Assembly: GCA_012518215.1 (NCBI GenBank)
Contig: JAAYSV010000041.1
Coordinates: 30,931-94,930, forward strand
DNA from: Bacillota bacterium
Lineage (GTDB): Bacteria > Bacillota > Dethiobacteria > DTU022 > PWGO01
DNA length: 64,000 bases
Reading direction: 5' to 3'
A program made the position numbers and the translations under genes. The notes below the pieces were generated by a model, which was given only the letters and a program-made list of their open reading frames with translations, ran no database searches and was not told the origin of the DNA. Below are positions 30,142 to 41,278 of this stretch, piece after piece. Each line of letters begins with the position of its first letter. Position 1 is the stretch's first letter.

Positions 30142-30603
30142 TTAAATATTTTTAATATGAGAAGGTTGCAGCAATTTTATCCTGACCCCGGCTTCGCGGA
30201 AGACTTCTTTGGATAGATCATCGGGGTAATCTTCCTTGATAATTACCTCTTTCACGCCCGCATTCACGAGCATCTTGGCACAGACCACACACGGATGATG
30301 GGTACAGTATATTACCCCTCCCCTGATGCTAACTCCGTACAGGGCTGCCTGGATGATGGCATTCTGTTCGGCATGCAACCCCCGGCAGAGTTCATGACGT
30401 TCTCCGGGGGGAATATCTTGTTTCAACCTCAAACATCCATGGCGTTCACAATGTTCCAATCCGCTTGGAGCACCGTTGTACCCCGTGGTCAGTATGCGTC
30501 TGCCAGAAACGATGACTGCCCCGACCTTCCTTCTTAAACAGGTAGAACGGGTGGAAACCACTTCGGCAACAGACATGAAATACTCATCCCAGGAAGGGCG
30601 CAT
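30142..30603 (-). CDS. dCMP deaminase (ComEB-like)
   Basis: [25 protein letters not shown]. Confidence 0.93.
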   Translation of the reverse strand: MRPSWDEYFMSVAEVVSTRSTCLRRKVGAVIVSGRRILTTGYNGAPSGLEHCERHGCLRLKQDIPPGERHELCRGLHAEQNAIIQAALYGVSIRGGVIYCTHHPCVVCAKMLVNAGVKEVIIKEDYPDDLSKEVFREAGVRIKLLQPSHIKNI

Positions 30604-30659
30604 GCTGGTTCAAACCTCTCCTTCAAAACAAAATCTGCAAGCCGCGGAAATTTTTATCG

Positions 30660-31922
30660 TCATGACAGAGGAAATTCCGCGCACAACTTGACAACTTTCT
30701 GGCGTGTCCTGTGCATCACGTCTTCGCTGCCGGGGTTGCGTAAAGATTCGTTGATAACGGCGGCGATGATCTTCATCTCATCCGTTCCCATGCCCCTGGT
30801 CGTGATTGCCGGGGTTCCCAATCTTATCCCGCTGGTTACCTGGTGGGGTTGGGGATCGTAAGGAATGGCATTCTTGTTGGCGGTGATACCCACATCCTCC
30901 AGGATCATCTCCGCCACGGAGCCGGTGATACCAATGTTTCTCAAATCAACCAGTACCAGATGGTTGTCCGTTCCCCCGGTAACCAGATCGAAGCCATGGT
31001 CGATCAGCTCCGTGGCCAACACCTGTGCGTTTTGGAGAACTTGCTGCTGGTAGACAGTGAATTCAGGAGCCATGGCCTCCTTGAAGGCCACGGCCTTGGC
31101 CGCTATGATATGCATCAGGGGGCCACCCTGTATGCCGGGAAACACCGCCTGGTCGATCATCGCGGCAAATTTGCGGCGGCAGAGAATGAACCCTCCCCGC
31201 GGCCCCCTCATCGTCTTGTGGGTGGTCGATGTTACAACATCGGCATACTCAACCGGAGAAGGATGCAAGCCAGCTATCACCAGCCCGGCAATATGGGCAA
31301 TGTCAGCCAACAGGTATGCACCGCATTCATCTGCAATCTCACGAAATGTTTTGAAATCTATGATCCGGGGATAGGCGCTTGCCCCGCAGATGATAAGCCG
31401 GGGACGTTTTTCAAGCGCGATGCGGCGTACCTTTTCCATGTCCAGATAGCCGCTTTCTCGATCAACGCCATAGCTGCTCACCGTGAAATATTTTCCGGAG
31501 ATATTCGAGGAACTGCCGTGGGTGAGGTGCCCCCCATCCGAAAGGCCCATGCTCAGAACACGATCCCCGGGGGCAAGGAGAGCAAAGAAGGCAGCCAGGT
31601 TCGCCGGTGCTCCCGCATGGGGCTGCACATTGGCATGTTCCGCCTTGAACAGTTCCATGGCCCTCCGCCGGGCCAACTCCTCCACTTCGTCCACGTAAGC
31701 ACATCCGCCATAGTAACGTGCACCGGGGTAACCTTCCGCATATTTGTTGGTAAGAATGGAGCCCTGCGCCTCCAGAACCGCCTTGCTGACGAAATTTTCC
31801 GAAGCAATCATCTCGATTTTTTCTTCCTGGCGGCGCTGTTCCCTGGCAATGGCCTCTGCAATTTGCGGATCAAGACGGCCAAGATCCGCCTCATCGAATA
31901 GTTGATGGCATTCCTTGGGCAT
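30660..31922 (-). CDS. glyA: Serine hydroxymethyltransferase
   Basis: [41 protein letters not shown]. Confidence 0.97.
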   Translation of the reverse strand: MPKECHQLFDEADLGRLDPQIAEAIAREQRRQEEKIEMIASENFVSKAVLEAQGSILTNKYAEGYPGARYYGGCAYVDEVEELARRRAMELFKAEHANVQPHAGAPANLAAFFALLAPGDRVLSMGLSDGGHLTHGSSSNISGKYFTVSSYGVDRESGYLDMEKVRRIALEKRPRLIICGASAYPRIIDFKTFREIADECGAYLLADIAHIAGLVIAGLHPSPVEYADVVTSTTHKTMRGPRGGFILCRRKFAAMIDQAVFPGIQGGPLMHIIAAKAVAFKEAMAPEFTVYQQQVLQNAQVLATELIDHGFDLVTGGTDNHLVLVDLRNIGITGSVAEMILEDVGITANKNAIPYDPQPHQVTSGIRLGTPAITTRGMGTDEMKIIAAVINESLRNPGSEDVMHRTRQKVVKLCAEFPLS

Positions 31923-31966
31923 GTATCTACTCCCCTTCCGTAAGCTCGGACTCATATTTTCTTTGT

Positions 31967-32416
31967 TCATTCATGGCCCTGTTCCTCGTAAATATTTATC
32001 TTTTTGACTCTTTCCAGATGACGCCCCCCGGCAAAGGAAGTATTGATGAATGCATCGACAATATCCTGAGCCAGCCCTTTGCCGATCACTCGCGCACCCA
32101 TGGTCAGGACATTGGCATCGTTGTGTTCCCTTGCCGCATGGGCGGTAAAGGTATCGCCACAGAGAGCGGCACGGATACCCCGCATCTTGTTTGCGGTTAT
32201 TGAAACCCCCACACCTGTCCCGCAGACAATGATGCCGAAATCAAATTTGCCGTCCTGTACGCTCTTCCCCACAGTATAGGCGATGTCCGGATAGTCTATG
32301 GGGGATTCATCAAAGGTGCCAAAATCATAGACATGGATATTTTTCCCCTGCAGATATTCCTTGACAGTTTCTTTCAACCGGAACCCGGCATGGTCGCAAC
32401 CCAGAGCAATCTTCAT
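31967..32416 (-). CDS. rpiB: Ribose-5-phosphate isomerase B
   Basis: GCDHAG, DYPD, CGTGVG, HNDAN, GGRH. Confidence 0.96.
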   Translation of the reverse strand: MKIALGCDHAGFRLKETVKEYLQGKNIHVYDFGTFDESPIDYPDIAYTVGKSVQDGKFDFGIIVCGTGVGVSITANKMRGIRAALCGDTFTAHAAREHNDANVLTMGARVIGKGLAQDIVDAFINTSFAGGRHLERVKKINIYEEQGHE

Positions 32417-32436
32417 CAAAATCCCTCCAAGATCAG

Positions 32437-32940
32437 TTATGGGGTTTCAAAATAGTTTTCCATTATCGCCAATAACTTCAAAACGGAGGCCCGGATTTCC
32501 TGCAAAGAATATTCGTAAACACCCAGATCTCCTCCGTACGGGTCCTCGATATCGCCATCGTCGGCAATCTTTACAAACTCTTTCAATGTTTTTATTTTAC
32601 TGGCATCCTTTTCCGAGGCCATGTAAAGTGCCTGCGCTTTGTGTGCGCGGGTCATGGTCAGGATCAGGTCGGCTTCGGCGATCATTTCCGGGGTAAGTTG
32701 CCGGGCACGATGGGAAGAAACATCAATCCCTTCTTCACCCAGCAGGAACAACACCTTGTCCGTGGCACGGGAACCTGTACAGGCATGCAATCCGGCCGAA
32801 CTGACATCCAGATCAAGAGAATGAGTCCCCTTGTCGGACCAGAGGTGCCTGAGAAGGGCCTCGGCCATTATACTGCGGCAGATGTTGCCGGTACAGACAA
32901 AAACAACAAGTTTGCTCTCTTTGGTTTTCTTTCTTTTCAA
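32437..32940 (-). CDS. ywlE: Low-molecular-weight protein arginine phosphatase (YwlE-like)
   Basis: CTGNICRS, DPYGG; conserved position between sua5 and rpiB. Confidence 0.85.
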   Translation of the reverse strand: MKRKKTKESKLVVFVCTGNICRSIMAEALLRHLWSDKGTHSLDLDVSSAGLHACTGSRATDKVLFLLGEEGIDVSSHRARQLTPEMIAEADLILTMTRAHKAQALYMASEKDASKIKTLKEFVKIADDGDIEDPYGGDLGVYEYSLQEIRASVLKLLAIMENYFETP

Positions 32941-32977
32941 ATCGATTCTTTCCCCCGCCGCAATATCTACCCATGTA

Positions 32978-34036
32978 TTATATCACATCCACGACACGAT
33001 CCGCCGCTTTCTGCAAGCGATTCATCAATGCCAACCCCAGGGGATCTTCCTCACAGAGGCCCTCGCCCAATATGACGTCAACCCCCGAACGGTCAAGTTC
33101 GCGCAGGGCATGGTAAAAGGATGCAGCCACTTCTTGCAAGGCCGCCTGCCGGCCCAGAACCCGGATCAGGCCCTGGCGGAAATGGCCCCTGTTTTCCGCG
33201 GTGCAGAGTACCCCTACTTTTCGGCCCTCGCCTACCAGGCGGTGACAGACAGAAGCCATCTTCTCACCGACTTTTGAAGAAAAACCCCTGAAGAGGATCA
33301 GTTCCGCCCGGGGAGCATAATGCCTGCGGCGGGAAGACGGATGAAACGATGCTGGGGATTCTTCCCCGCCCGCGATCAGGACAGGAGCCTGCAAACACGA
33401 GGCCAATTCTTCCCGACCGATGCTTCCCGGACGCAACAGAACCGGTTTTTCTCCGGCCAGATCAAGGACCGTCGATTCTATCCCGATGGGGCAACGCCCC
33501 CCCGTCAGTATGGCATCTATCTTTCCCGCGAAATCCTCGATCACATGAGCAGCCTCGGTCGGGCTGGGGGTTCCCGACAGGTTGGCACTGGGAGCAACTA
33601 CGGGAAATCCGCATTCTTCGATCAGTGCCAGGGCCGCAGGATGAGCGGGCATCCTGATCGCCACGGTGGGCAGACCAGCAGTTACCAGCGGCGATATCCT
33701 TTCTCTTTTTTTCAGGACGAGGGTAAGCGGACCGGGCCAGAATGTTCCGGCCAGTTTTGCAACTTCTGCAGGAGGTTCATGGGCCAGAGCCGCCACCTGG
33801 GAGAAATCTGCAATATGCATGATCAGCGGCTTGCCGGCCGGACGCCCCTTCACGGCAAAGATCCTTTCGAGAGCACGGTCGTTGCCAGGATCAGCACCGA
33901 GGCCGTAAACCGTTTCGGTGGGGAAAGCAACCAGGCCTCCGCGTTTGATGATTTCCGCTGCCCTTCTTATTTCATTATTTTTTTCCTTGCCGTAATGCAG
34001 TACCAGCGTTCCTTTAACTGTGGTCGGCTCGGACAT
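32978..34036 (-). CDS. sua5: Threonylcarbamoyl-AMP synthase (Sua5/TsaC)
   Basis: AFPTETVYGL, KGRP, WPGPLT, APSANLSG, C-terminal SUA5 domain (HYAP...MNRL). Confidence 0.95.
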   Translation of the reverse strand: MSEPTTVKGTLVLHYGKEKNNEIRRAAEIIKRGGLVAFPTETVYGLGADPGNDRALERIFAVKGRPAGKPLIMHIADFSQVAALAHEPPAEVAKLAGTFWPGPLTLVLKKRERISPLVTAGLPTVAIRMPAHPAALALIEECGFPVVAPSANLSGTPSPTEAAHVIEDFAGKIDAILTGGRCPIGIESTVLDLAGEKPVLLRPGSIGREELASCLQAPVLIAGGEESPASFHPSSRRRHYAPRAELILFRGFSSKVGEKMASVCHRLVGEGRKVGVLCTAENRGHFRQGLIRVLGRQAALQEVAASFYHALRELDRSGVDVILGEGLCEEDPLGLALMNRLQKAADRVVDVI

Positions 34037-34077
34037 GTTGTTAACTGTCCTTTCAGATGATGTGATGGAGATGGCCT

Positions 34078-35682
34078 TTAAAATTCCCCGATGATGGATT
34101 CGGCAATGTTGACTGTATGGTCTGCAGCACGTTCCAGATTGCTTATGGCGTCCAGGAACAGCACACCCGAGGCCGGGTAACATCTTTTTTCATTGATCCT
34201 GCTGATATGCTGTTTTCTAAGTTTTTTCTCCATGTGGTCGATCTCATCATCGCTCTTGATGACCGTCCAGGCCAGGTCTCCGTCTTCACGCTCGAAGGCG
34301 AGGATTGATTTTTCCAGCATAACATCAACTTTTTTATGCATCTGCCGCAATTCGGAGAGCGCCTCGGGAGAAAAAGGAAGCCTGTTCTCAATTTTTTCCT
34401 CGGCCAGTTCCAGTATGTTCTGGGCGTGATCACCGATACGCTCTATGTCGTTGGAAGCCGACATGATCCGGGCCAGCGCCCAGGATTGGCTCGAGGACAA
34501 CGAATGCTGGGAAAGATCGGCCACAAAAAAGGCAATCTCTTTCTCGATCCCATCCACCAGTTCTTCCATCTGATAGACATGTTTGATCTTCTTCTTCCCG
34601 TTTCCGATAAAAACCTCCACGGCTTCTTTGAGCATCTCGCGGGCGATGTCCCCCATGCGGATAATCTCCTGGCGCAACCCGGCAATGGCCGGTTCGGGGG
34701 TCCTCAACATACGGCGGTCAAGATATTTGCTGCCCCGCTCGACAACCTTCTCCTCGCCGGGCACGATTTTTTCGATCAGGTAATTGAAGCGGTTGAAAAA
34801 GAGCATCACGATTGCCGCTGTAAATACGTTGAACAGCGTATGGGCATTGGCAATCTGCCGGGGAATGGTCGAGGCCGTATGCATCACCAGCCAGGTAAAA
34901 GGTTTCAACAGTAGCAGGGTCAGAACCACCCCGAACAGATTGAAAAAGATATGCGCGGCAACAGCCCTCCGGGCTGAAAGGCTGGCCCCGAAACTGGCGA
35001 TCAGCGCTGTGACGCAGGTACCCAGGTTGGCACCAAGTACAAAGGGAACCGCCGCTGAAAAGCTGATCGCATCCTGCAGTGCCAATGAGATTATAATCAC
35101 GGTCACCGCCCCGCTATTCTGGATAAGAGCGGTAAAGGCTGTCGCGGCCAGTACTCCCAGAAGAGGGTAGTCGCTGAAGTAGATCAACATGTTCTGGAAA
35201 GCGGGCATTTCTTTCAGGGGGTTCATACCCGCCGACATGGTCATGAGCCCCATGAACAGGAGGCCAAATCCAAGGATGGTCTGTCCTATGTACTTGTGAA
35301 GCCGGCGCTTCCCCAGAAAATTCAAAAGGGCCCCGACTCCGATTGCCGGCAGGGCCAGAAAATCTATTTTAAACGAAATTATCTGGGCCGTGAGTGTGGT
35401 TCCGATGTTGGAACCGATGATCGTGGCTATGGCTTGCGAGAGGGTCATTATCCCGGCATTGACGAAACCGACCACCATCACGGTGGCTGTGCTACTGCTT
35501 TGAATCAATATGGTAATAACTATACCTGTGAAAACGGCAACCAAAGGGTTGGCCGTCAGAGCCTCCAGAATGCGCCGCAATTTGTCTCCCGCCGCTTTCT
35601 GCATCCCCGAAGCCATCATCTGTATCCCCACAAAAAAAAGCCCCAGGCCTCCGACCAAGCTGAAGATCAAATTCAACCACAT
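34078..35682 (-). CDS. Na+/Pi cotransporter with PhoU domains
   Basis: QSSSTAT, GSNIGTT, GANLGT, ERIGDHA, ERAADH. Confidence 0.93.
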   Translation of the reverse strand: MWLNLIFSLVGGLGLFFVGIQMMASGMQKAAGDKLRRILEALTANPLVAVFTGIVITILIQSSSTATVMVVGFVNAGIMTLSQAIATIIGSNIGTTLTAQIISFKIDFLALPAIGVGALLNFLGKRRLHKYIGQTILGFGLLFMGLMTMSAGMNPLKEMPAFQNMLIYFSDYPLLGVLAATAFTALIQNSGAVTVIIISLALQDAISFSAAVPFVLGANLGTCVTALIASFGASLSARRAVAAHIFFNLFGVVLTLLLLKPFTWLVMHTASTIPRQIANAHTLFNVFTAAIVMLFFNRFNYLIEKIVPGEEKVVERGSKYLDRRMLRTPEPAIAGLRQEIIRMGDIAREMLKEAVEVFIGNGKKKIKHVYQMEELVDGIEKEIAFFVADLSQHSLSSSQSWALARIMSASNDIERIGDHAQNILELAEEKIENRLPFSPEALSELRQMHKKVDVMLEKSILAFEREDGDLAWTVIKSDDEIDHMEKKLRKQHISRINEKRCYPASGVLFLDAISNLERAADHTVNIAESIIGEF

Positions 35683-35746
35683 GTGTGCTTCTATCCTTCC
35701 GGGATGAATAGCCCCTTTTCAATCCTGCACCATTATAAGTTATCCC

Positions 35747-36478
35747 CTATTCTTTTTCAATGCAGTTTTTGATCCATTCCCAGATTTTGATTTTCCACCG
35801 CCCCTTCATTTCAATTTCCGGAAGGTAACGCCCCAACCCGTTCCACCACGTCTCTGCAAGGGCTTCATCAACCCTGCTTTCGCTTTCTCCCGTCGCCATC
35901 GTTTCTACGGCAGCCTGCTCGTCTTCTTCCTCTTTTTCAATCTCATCGGTCATCTCCGCCAGGGGGAAACAAAGCGGCGGATAGAGAAGGCACCACCAAT
36001 TTTGACCCTTTCCATCACCGATGCTGACAACAAGGGCCATGTATTTACCCGGGGGATAGATCTCTTCACCGTAATGCCGCAATGGAAAATATTCTTCCTT
36101 CAACTCCACCTTCAAACGGTGATCGAGACCTCCGTCCATCTTTTTCAATCGGCCACGAAGATGGTTTTCCAGTGGCACCAGTTCTTTCCCGATATTATCT
36201 ATCAGTTCATCGTAAGAAATGATATGGCGATAATGATCAACAGAGGCCAGCAGTTCATCCCTGACCTTATTTTTCAACTCCTGTTCTGCGGGGCTGTCGT
36301 CATGAGCCAGTATGTGCACCCTCAATATCGGCCCGGCGGGGTCATGAACAACCCATTTATCCTCCCCACGCGCATCGCCGTACCGGTAGACGAACAGAAT
36401 GGCCAGAGCAAGGGCAACCACAATCAAACAAAACAAACTTTTTTTTATTATTGTTCGCAGGTTTTGTTTCTGTTCCAT
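35747..36478 (-). CDS. spoIIR: Stage II sporulation protein R
   Basis: LRVHILAHDDS...QELKNKVRD, FPLRHYG, GDGKGQNWWCLLYPPLC. Confidence 0.93.
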   Translation of the reverse strand: MEQKQNLRTIIKKSLFCLIVVALALAILFVYRYGDARGEDKWVVHDPAGPILRVHILAHDDSPAEQELKNKVRDELLASVDHYRHIISYDELIDNIGKELVPLENHLRGRLKKMDGGLDHRLKVELKEEYFPLRHYGEEIYPPGKYMALVVSIGDGKGQNWWCLLYPPLCFPLAEMTDEIEKEEEDEQAAVETMATGESESRVDEALAETWWNGLGRYLPEIEMKGRWKIKIWEWIKNCIEKE

Positions 36479-37300
36479 CTATACCCCCCCTTCTTCCCTT
36501 TTTTTCTGTTCTTTCTGTTCCTGATAATAGCGATGGCGCAAAAATTTCAATGCCGCCTTCTCCAGCCGGGAAACCTGGGCCTGGGAGATGCCAATCTCCC
36601 CGGCTATTTCAAGCTGTGTCTTCCCCTCAAAAAACCTGGCTTCAAGGATTTCCTTCTCCCGGGGTGGCAATTTGTCCAGAGCTTCCTTGATAGCGATGTT
36701 TTCAATCCAATTTTCAGCAGTCTGGCACTGGTCGCTGATGAGATCCATGATATAGACCGGATCGGTACTGTCATTGAAGACGGGGTCATGCAGCGAAAGA
36801 GGGTCATGGCATGAGTTCAGGGCAAATACAGCCTCTTCAACGGTGATATCAAGTTCGGCGGCAATTTCCTTGAGGGTGACCTCACGCAGGTGATCCTTGG
36901 TCAGCATCTCACGCGTCTGCTGTATGCGGTGGGCAAGGTTCTTTATGGAACGGCTGATATGGATGCTGTTGTTGTTGTCCCGAAGATAGCGTTTGATTTC
37001 CCCGATGATCATGGGGACGGCATAGGTGGAAAAATTCACTTTTTGTTCAAGTTCAAAATTGTCAATGGCCTTCATCAGCCCGATACATCCAACCTGGAAG
37101 AGATCGTCCAGGGATTCGCCCCGGTTCTTGAACCTCTGCAGGATGCTGAGGACCAGCCGCAAATTCCCCTCGATAAGTTTCTGCCGTGCACTTTCATCCC
37201 CATCTTTCAGATCACGCAGCAGCTCGATCATTTTTTTGTTGTTGATCACGGGAAGTTTGTAAGTGTTAACCCCGCTTATCTGGACTTTCCTCGGCAACAT
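36479..37300 (-). CDS. SigG-like sporulation sigma factor (divergent, possibly a paralogue)
   Basis: KVQISGVNTYKLPV, GNLRLVLS, DDLFQVGCIGLMK, FSTYAVPMIIGEI, GISQAQVSRLEK; ATG at 37300 after GAGGAGGGG. Confidence 0.9.
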   Translation of the reverse strand: MLPRKVQISGVNTYKLPVINNKKMIELLRDLKDGDESARQKLIEGNLRLVLSILQRFKNRGESLDDLFQVGCIGLMKAIDNFELEQKVNFSTYAVPMIIGEIKRYLRDNNNSIHISRSIKNLAHRIQQTREMLTKDHLREVTLKEIAAELDITVEEAVFALNSCHDPLSLHDPVFNDSTDPVYIMDLISDQCQTAENWIENIAIKEALDKLPPREKEILEARFFEGKTQLEIAGEIGISQAQVSRLEKAALKFLRHRYYQEQKEQKKREEGGV

Positions 37301-37341
37301 CTCACCCCTCCTCACCCGGGTAACAATTTGTTTTCTGATTA

Positions 37342-37371
37342 TATTATTGCCAGATTTTGTTTGCTTTAGAC
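37342..37371 (-). promoter_or_regulatory. Sigma-F-like promoter
   Basis: GTCTA-15 bp-GGCAATAATA versus consensus GYWTA-N15-GGnrAnAnTw. Confidence 0.6.
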
Positions 37372-37706
37372 CGTTCTTACAGTATTGCTTGCAATTTGAA
37401 GGCAACAATCCATTTCAAATGGGGTAAAAAATGCATTGTCAAAATTGATTCCGGGCAGCTTCGCCCGGAAAACGCCGTTCCGCTTCATGCCCATACAGGG
37501 AGTGCCGGCCGGGTAGGTTTTCCATGATGTGTATACGGGGAGCGCGCAGAAAAATCGGCTCGAACCAACGATAGATGCCACATGGTCCGTTTGAGCGAAA
37601 AAAAGATTGATCAACTTCAATAATAAGTATCGAATGGTTTGTGGTATAATTTATAATACTGCAAGCAATCCGTGTACAGATAAAATGGAAAAGGAGGTAT
37701 GCCAGG

Positions 37707-38123
37707 GTGTCGGGCTTAACCAGATTTGGCATCTCTATCGACGAAGATCTTCTGGCCCGCTTTGATCAGGAGATCGTGGACAAGGGCTACAAAAACCGTT
37801 CTGAAGCAATCAGGGATCTGATCCGCAATCAGCTCGTGGAGCAGGACTGGAAAGATGAAGACGAGGAAGTGGCAGGAACCATAACATTGGTCTACAATCA
37901 CCATACACGGGGGCTTTCCGATCTTTTGACTGAACTGCAACATGCCTACAACCAGCTCATCCTTTCCACGATGCATGTCCACCTTGACCGTCACAACTGT
38001 CTCGAGATTCTCGTGGTCAAGGGCAAGGTCAGGGAAGCAAAAGAAATCGCAGACAAGCTGTTGAGTGTAAAAGGGGTCCTGCATGGGAAACTAACAGTCA
38101 CCTCTACGGGAAAAAATCTCTAG
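37707..38123 (+). CDS. nikR: Nickel-responsive regulator NikR
   Basis: RFGISI ribbon-helix-helix, [26 protein letters not shown]. Confidence 0.95.
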   Translation: MSGLTRFGISIDEDLLARFDQEIVDKGYKNRSEAIRDLIRNQLVEQDWKDEDEEVAGTITLVYNHHTRGLSDLLTELQHAYNQLILSTMHVHLDRHNCLEILVVKGKVREAKEIADKLLSVKGVLHGKLTVTSTGKNL

Positions 38124-38135
38124 AGGAGAGGCAGT

Positions 38136-39020
38136 TTATCTTAACCGGGCCACGACCACCCTGTCGTGACCCTGGTAGTCTTTGATGACCTTCAGGGAAG
38201 CAACCATGGCTACCTGTTTGCATAATTCCTTGACCGCATCCGCAACTTCAACGCCTATTTCCATGACCAGCAGTGCCGATGGGGTAGCATGTTCCCGCAA
38301 TCCGGACAGAAGGGAGCGGTAACTGTCGAGACCATCCCGGCCTCCGTCAAGCGCCCGGGTCGGTTCATGGTCCTTTATCTCGGGTGAAAGTGTCTTGATC
38401 TTGCTGCTGGGGATGTAGGGGGGGTTGGACACGATCACCTCGAAACGTTCTTCCCGGCCATCAAATATTTTCCAGTAGTCGCTTTTCAGAAAACGGATTC
38501 TTTTTTCAACGCCCTGATTCAGAGCGTTCCTCCGGGCAATGCTGAGCGCCGCCGCGGAGATGTCCACGGCCTGAAAACGGGCTGCAGGCAGGAGCCGCGC
38601 CAGTGTCACCACGATAGCACCACTTCCGGTACCCATCTCGATAATATTCAAACCTTCACCTTTTGCCGAACCGTTCTCCCCGAGAGCGGCCATCACGGCT
38701 TCTACAACAAATTCGGTCTCTGGACGGGGGATCAACACTGCGGGGGAAACATGAAAATCTGCTCCGTAGAATTCCTTCACGCCCAGGATATAGGGCAGGG
38801 GACAACGGCCGGCACGGGCCAGAACCGCTTTTTCGTAGGCTTCCTCCACACGGGGGGGGATTTTCTGCCCGCTGTCGACGATCAATTTCCAGCGCGGTAT
38901 CTTCATCACGGCCGCCAAGATTATTTCGGCTTCATCGCGGCTCCCGCCGATTCCCGCGTTCCCGAGGGCAGCGGTGGCATTCCGTACCGCCGCTCCCACA
39001 GTTGTTTCGGGTCGATCCAT
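38136..39020 (-). CDS. prmC: Release factor glutamine methyltransferase
   Basis: VLIPRPETE, GTGSG, SNPPY, ALDGG. Confidence 0.95.
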   Translation of the reverse strand: MDRPETTVGAAVRNATAALGNAGIGGSRDEAEIILAAVMKIPRWKLIVDSGQKIPPRVEEAYEKAVLARAGRCPLPYILGVKEFYGADFHVSPAVLIPRPETEFVVEAVMAALGENGSAKGEGLNIIEMGTGSGAIVVTLARLLPAARFQAVDISAAALSIARRNALNQGVEKRIRFLKSDYWKIFDGREERFEVIVSNPPYIPSSKIKTLSPEIKDHEPTRALDGGRDGLDSYRSLLSGLREHATPSALLVMEIGVEVADAVKELCKQVAMVASLKVIKDYQGHDRVVVARLR

Positions 39021-39023
39021 AGG

Positions 39024-40094
39024 TTATTCACCCACCGTGGATAACAACCGGGCCTGATTGTTTCTGATCAACGGGTCGATGATCTCGTCCAGCGTGCCAT
39101 CAAGAACGATGTCAAGCTTGTGCAAGGTCAACTTGATACGGTGGTCCGTGACCCGGTTCTGGGGGAAATTATAAGTTCTGATCCGTTCGCTCCGGTCCCC
39201 TGAACCAACCTGGTTTCTTCGCTCCATGGCCAGTTCAGCTTCCTGTTCCTGCTGCATTTTTTCATAAACCCGCGAACGTAAAACCCTCATCGCCTTCTCC
39301 TTGTTCTTCAGCTGGGATTTCTCATCCTGGCAGGTGGCCACCACCCCCGAGGGCAGGTGAGTGATGCGCACAGCCGATTGGGTGGTGTTCACGCTCTGGC
39401 CACCGGGTCCCGTTGAACAGAAAATATCAATACGCAGATCCTGGGGCTTTATTTCCAGTTCTATCTCCTCCATCTCGGGAAGCACGGCCACGGTGGCCGC
39501 CGAGGTATGGATTCTCCCGCCGGATTCGGTTACCGGTACCCGCTGCACACGATGGACCCCGCTTTCAAATTTGAGGCGGCTGTAAACATTCTTGCCTTCC
39601 ACCGCGAAAACCACTTCCTTGATGCCCCCTATATCCGTGGAATTCATGTCCAGGAGTTCAATTTTCCAGTTGTTGCGTTCCGCATAGCGGGTGTACATCC
39701 TCATCAGATCGGCCGAAAAAAGGGCAGCCTCCTCGCCTCCGGTTCCGGCCCTTATCTCGATAATGACATTCTTTTCATCGCCCGGATCCCGGGGAAGAAG
39801 TAATACTTTCAAGCGCTCTTCCAGTTCCTTTTTTCGTGCTGACAGTTCGGATATTTCTTCGTTCAGGTATTCGACCATCTCCCTGTCCGGTTTTTCAGCC
39901 AGCATCTCCTCGGCCTGGGACAGTTCGTCCCGGGTTTTCTTGAATTCGCGGTATATGTTCACGGTCTCCGTCAGGGAAGAATGTTCTTTCAAATACTTCT
40001 GCCATAATTCCATCCGAGCCATGGTCTCCGGCAAACTGATTTTTTTCTCAAGCTCCATGTAGGTATTTTCCAGGTCATCTAGTTTTTTCAACAT
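39024..40094 (-). CDS. prfA: Peptide chain release factor 1
   Basis: PVT specificity motif, [11 protein letters not shown]. Confidence 0.97.
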   Translation of the reverse strand: MLKKLDDLENTYMELEKKISLPETMARMELWQKYLKEHSSLTETVNIYREFKKTRDELSQAEEMLAEKPDREMVEYLNEEISELSARKKELEERLKVLLLPRDPGDEKNVIIEIRAGTGGEEAALFSADLMRMYTRYAERNNWKIELLDMNSTDIGGIKEVVFAVEGKNVYSRLKFESGVHRVQRVPVTESGGRIHTSAATVAVLPEMEEIELEIKPQDLRIDIFCSTGPGGQSVNTTQSAVRITHLPSGVVATCQDEKSQLKNKEKAMRVLRSRVYEKMQQEQEAELAMERRNQVGSGDRSERIRTYNFPQNRVTDHRIKLTLHKLDIVLDGTLDEIIDPLIRNNQARLLSTVGE

Positions 40095-40998
40095 GTTCCT
40101 CAACCTCCTCTGCCGATGGCGGCCCTTCCATGCCCAGCAATGCTTTCAACGAAGCCAGAGCAACCTCTATCTGACCCCGGTCGGGTTCACTGGTCGTAAG
40201 TTTTTGCAGCCATAACCCCGGGTATGCAACATATTCAAGGCACCTGATCCTGCTTTTTGATGACCAGCGGATGATCTCGTAGGCCGTCCCGGCAACGACC
40301 GGCAACAGGGCCAATCTGATCAAAAAACGTTGCCACAACGAAGGCCAGCCAAAGAAGGAGAATAACAGAATGCTGACCACCATCACGATTAGCAGGTAGC
40401 TGGTTCCGCACCGCAGATGTTGGACACCGTATTTCTCCGCCTTTTCCACCACCAGCTCCTCTCCCGCCTCCAGACAATTGATCGCCTTGTGCTCCGCTCC
40501 GTGGTAGGCGAAAAACGCTTTGATTTCACCCCAGAGCGAGATGGCAACAATATACGACACAAACAGGGCTATCCTCAGAAGGCCCTCGGCCAGATTCAGT
40601 ATCAGCGGATGATTGTTCAACGCGGGAAAGATGGATGGAAGATAACGCACCAGAAAAGTGGGCAGCAGGAAAAAAAGTCCAATGCCGATGGCCAGTCCCA
40701 GAAAAACACTTATGGCCGTATGCACGGGGCCCATCGCCTGATCTTCCCCTTCGAAAACCAGCTCCGTTGAAATATTCAGCGCCCGGACACCGATGACCAT
40801 GGATTCGAAGAAAGCCACAATTCCCCGGAAAAAAAACCACCCCCAGAAGGGATGACGGTCTGCCAGGGGCGATAGTTTCTGATGGGATATGTTGATCTTT
40901 CCCTGCTGATCGCGGCAGGCGATGACCATCTTCTCGCGATTGCGCATCATCACGCCATCCAGAACAGCCTGGCCCCCGATCATTTCTTTTTCTTTCAA
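40075..40998 (-). CDS. DUF1385 membrane protein
   Basis: [32 protein letters not shown]. Confidence 0.9.
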   Translation of the reverse strand: MKEKEMIGGQAVLDGVMMRNREKMVIACRDQQGKINISHQKLSPLADRHPFWGWFFFRGIVAFFESMVIGVRALNISTELVFEGEDQAMGPVHTAISVFLGLAIGIGLFFLLPTFLVRYLPSIFPALNNHPLILNLAEGLLRIALFVSYIVAISLWGEIKAFFAYHGAEHKAINCLEAGEELVVEKAEKYGVQHLRCGTSYLLIVMVVSILLFSFFGWPSLWQRFLIRLALLPVVAGTAYEIIRWSSKSRIRCLEYVAYPGLWLQKLTTSEPDRGQIEVALASLKALLGMEGPPSAEEVEEHVEKTR

Positions 40999-41080
40999 CA
41001 GATTTTACCCTCCCGGAATAAAAAAACAGAGCCACAACAATTACATTTTGACACGCTACATTATCGGTGGCCCTGCATGG

Positions 41081-41278
41081 TTATATCCCATATTTACGTT
41101 TGAACCGCTCCACCCTACCCCCGGTATCTACAAATTTCTGCTTGCCGGTAAAGAAGGGATGGCAGCGAGAACAGATATCTATCCTGATGTTCTCCTTCGT
41201 GGAACCTGTCTCGAACGATTCCCCGCATGCACAGGTAATCTTTGCCCTGTAATACTTGGGATGAATCTCCGCTTTCAT
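41081..41278 (-). CDS. rpmE: 50S ribosomal protein L31 (Zn-binding type)
   Basis: [27 protein letters not shown]. Confidence 0.97.
   Translation of the reverse strand: MKAEIHPKYYRAKITCACGESFETGSTKENIRIDICSRCHPFFTGKQKFVDTGGRVERFKRKYGI

Noticed and set aside
37626-37660. NikR operator upstream of nikR
   Set aside because: The GTAT...ATAC half-sites do not have the 6-16-6 spacing of the E. coli-type box.
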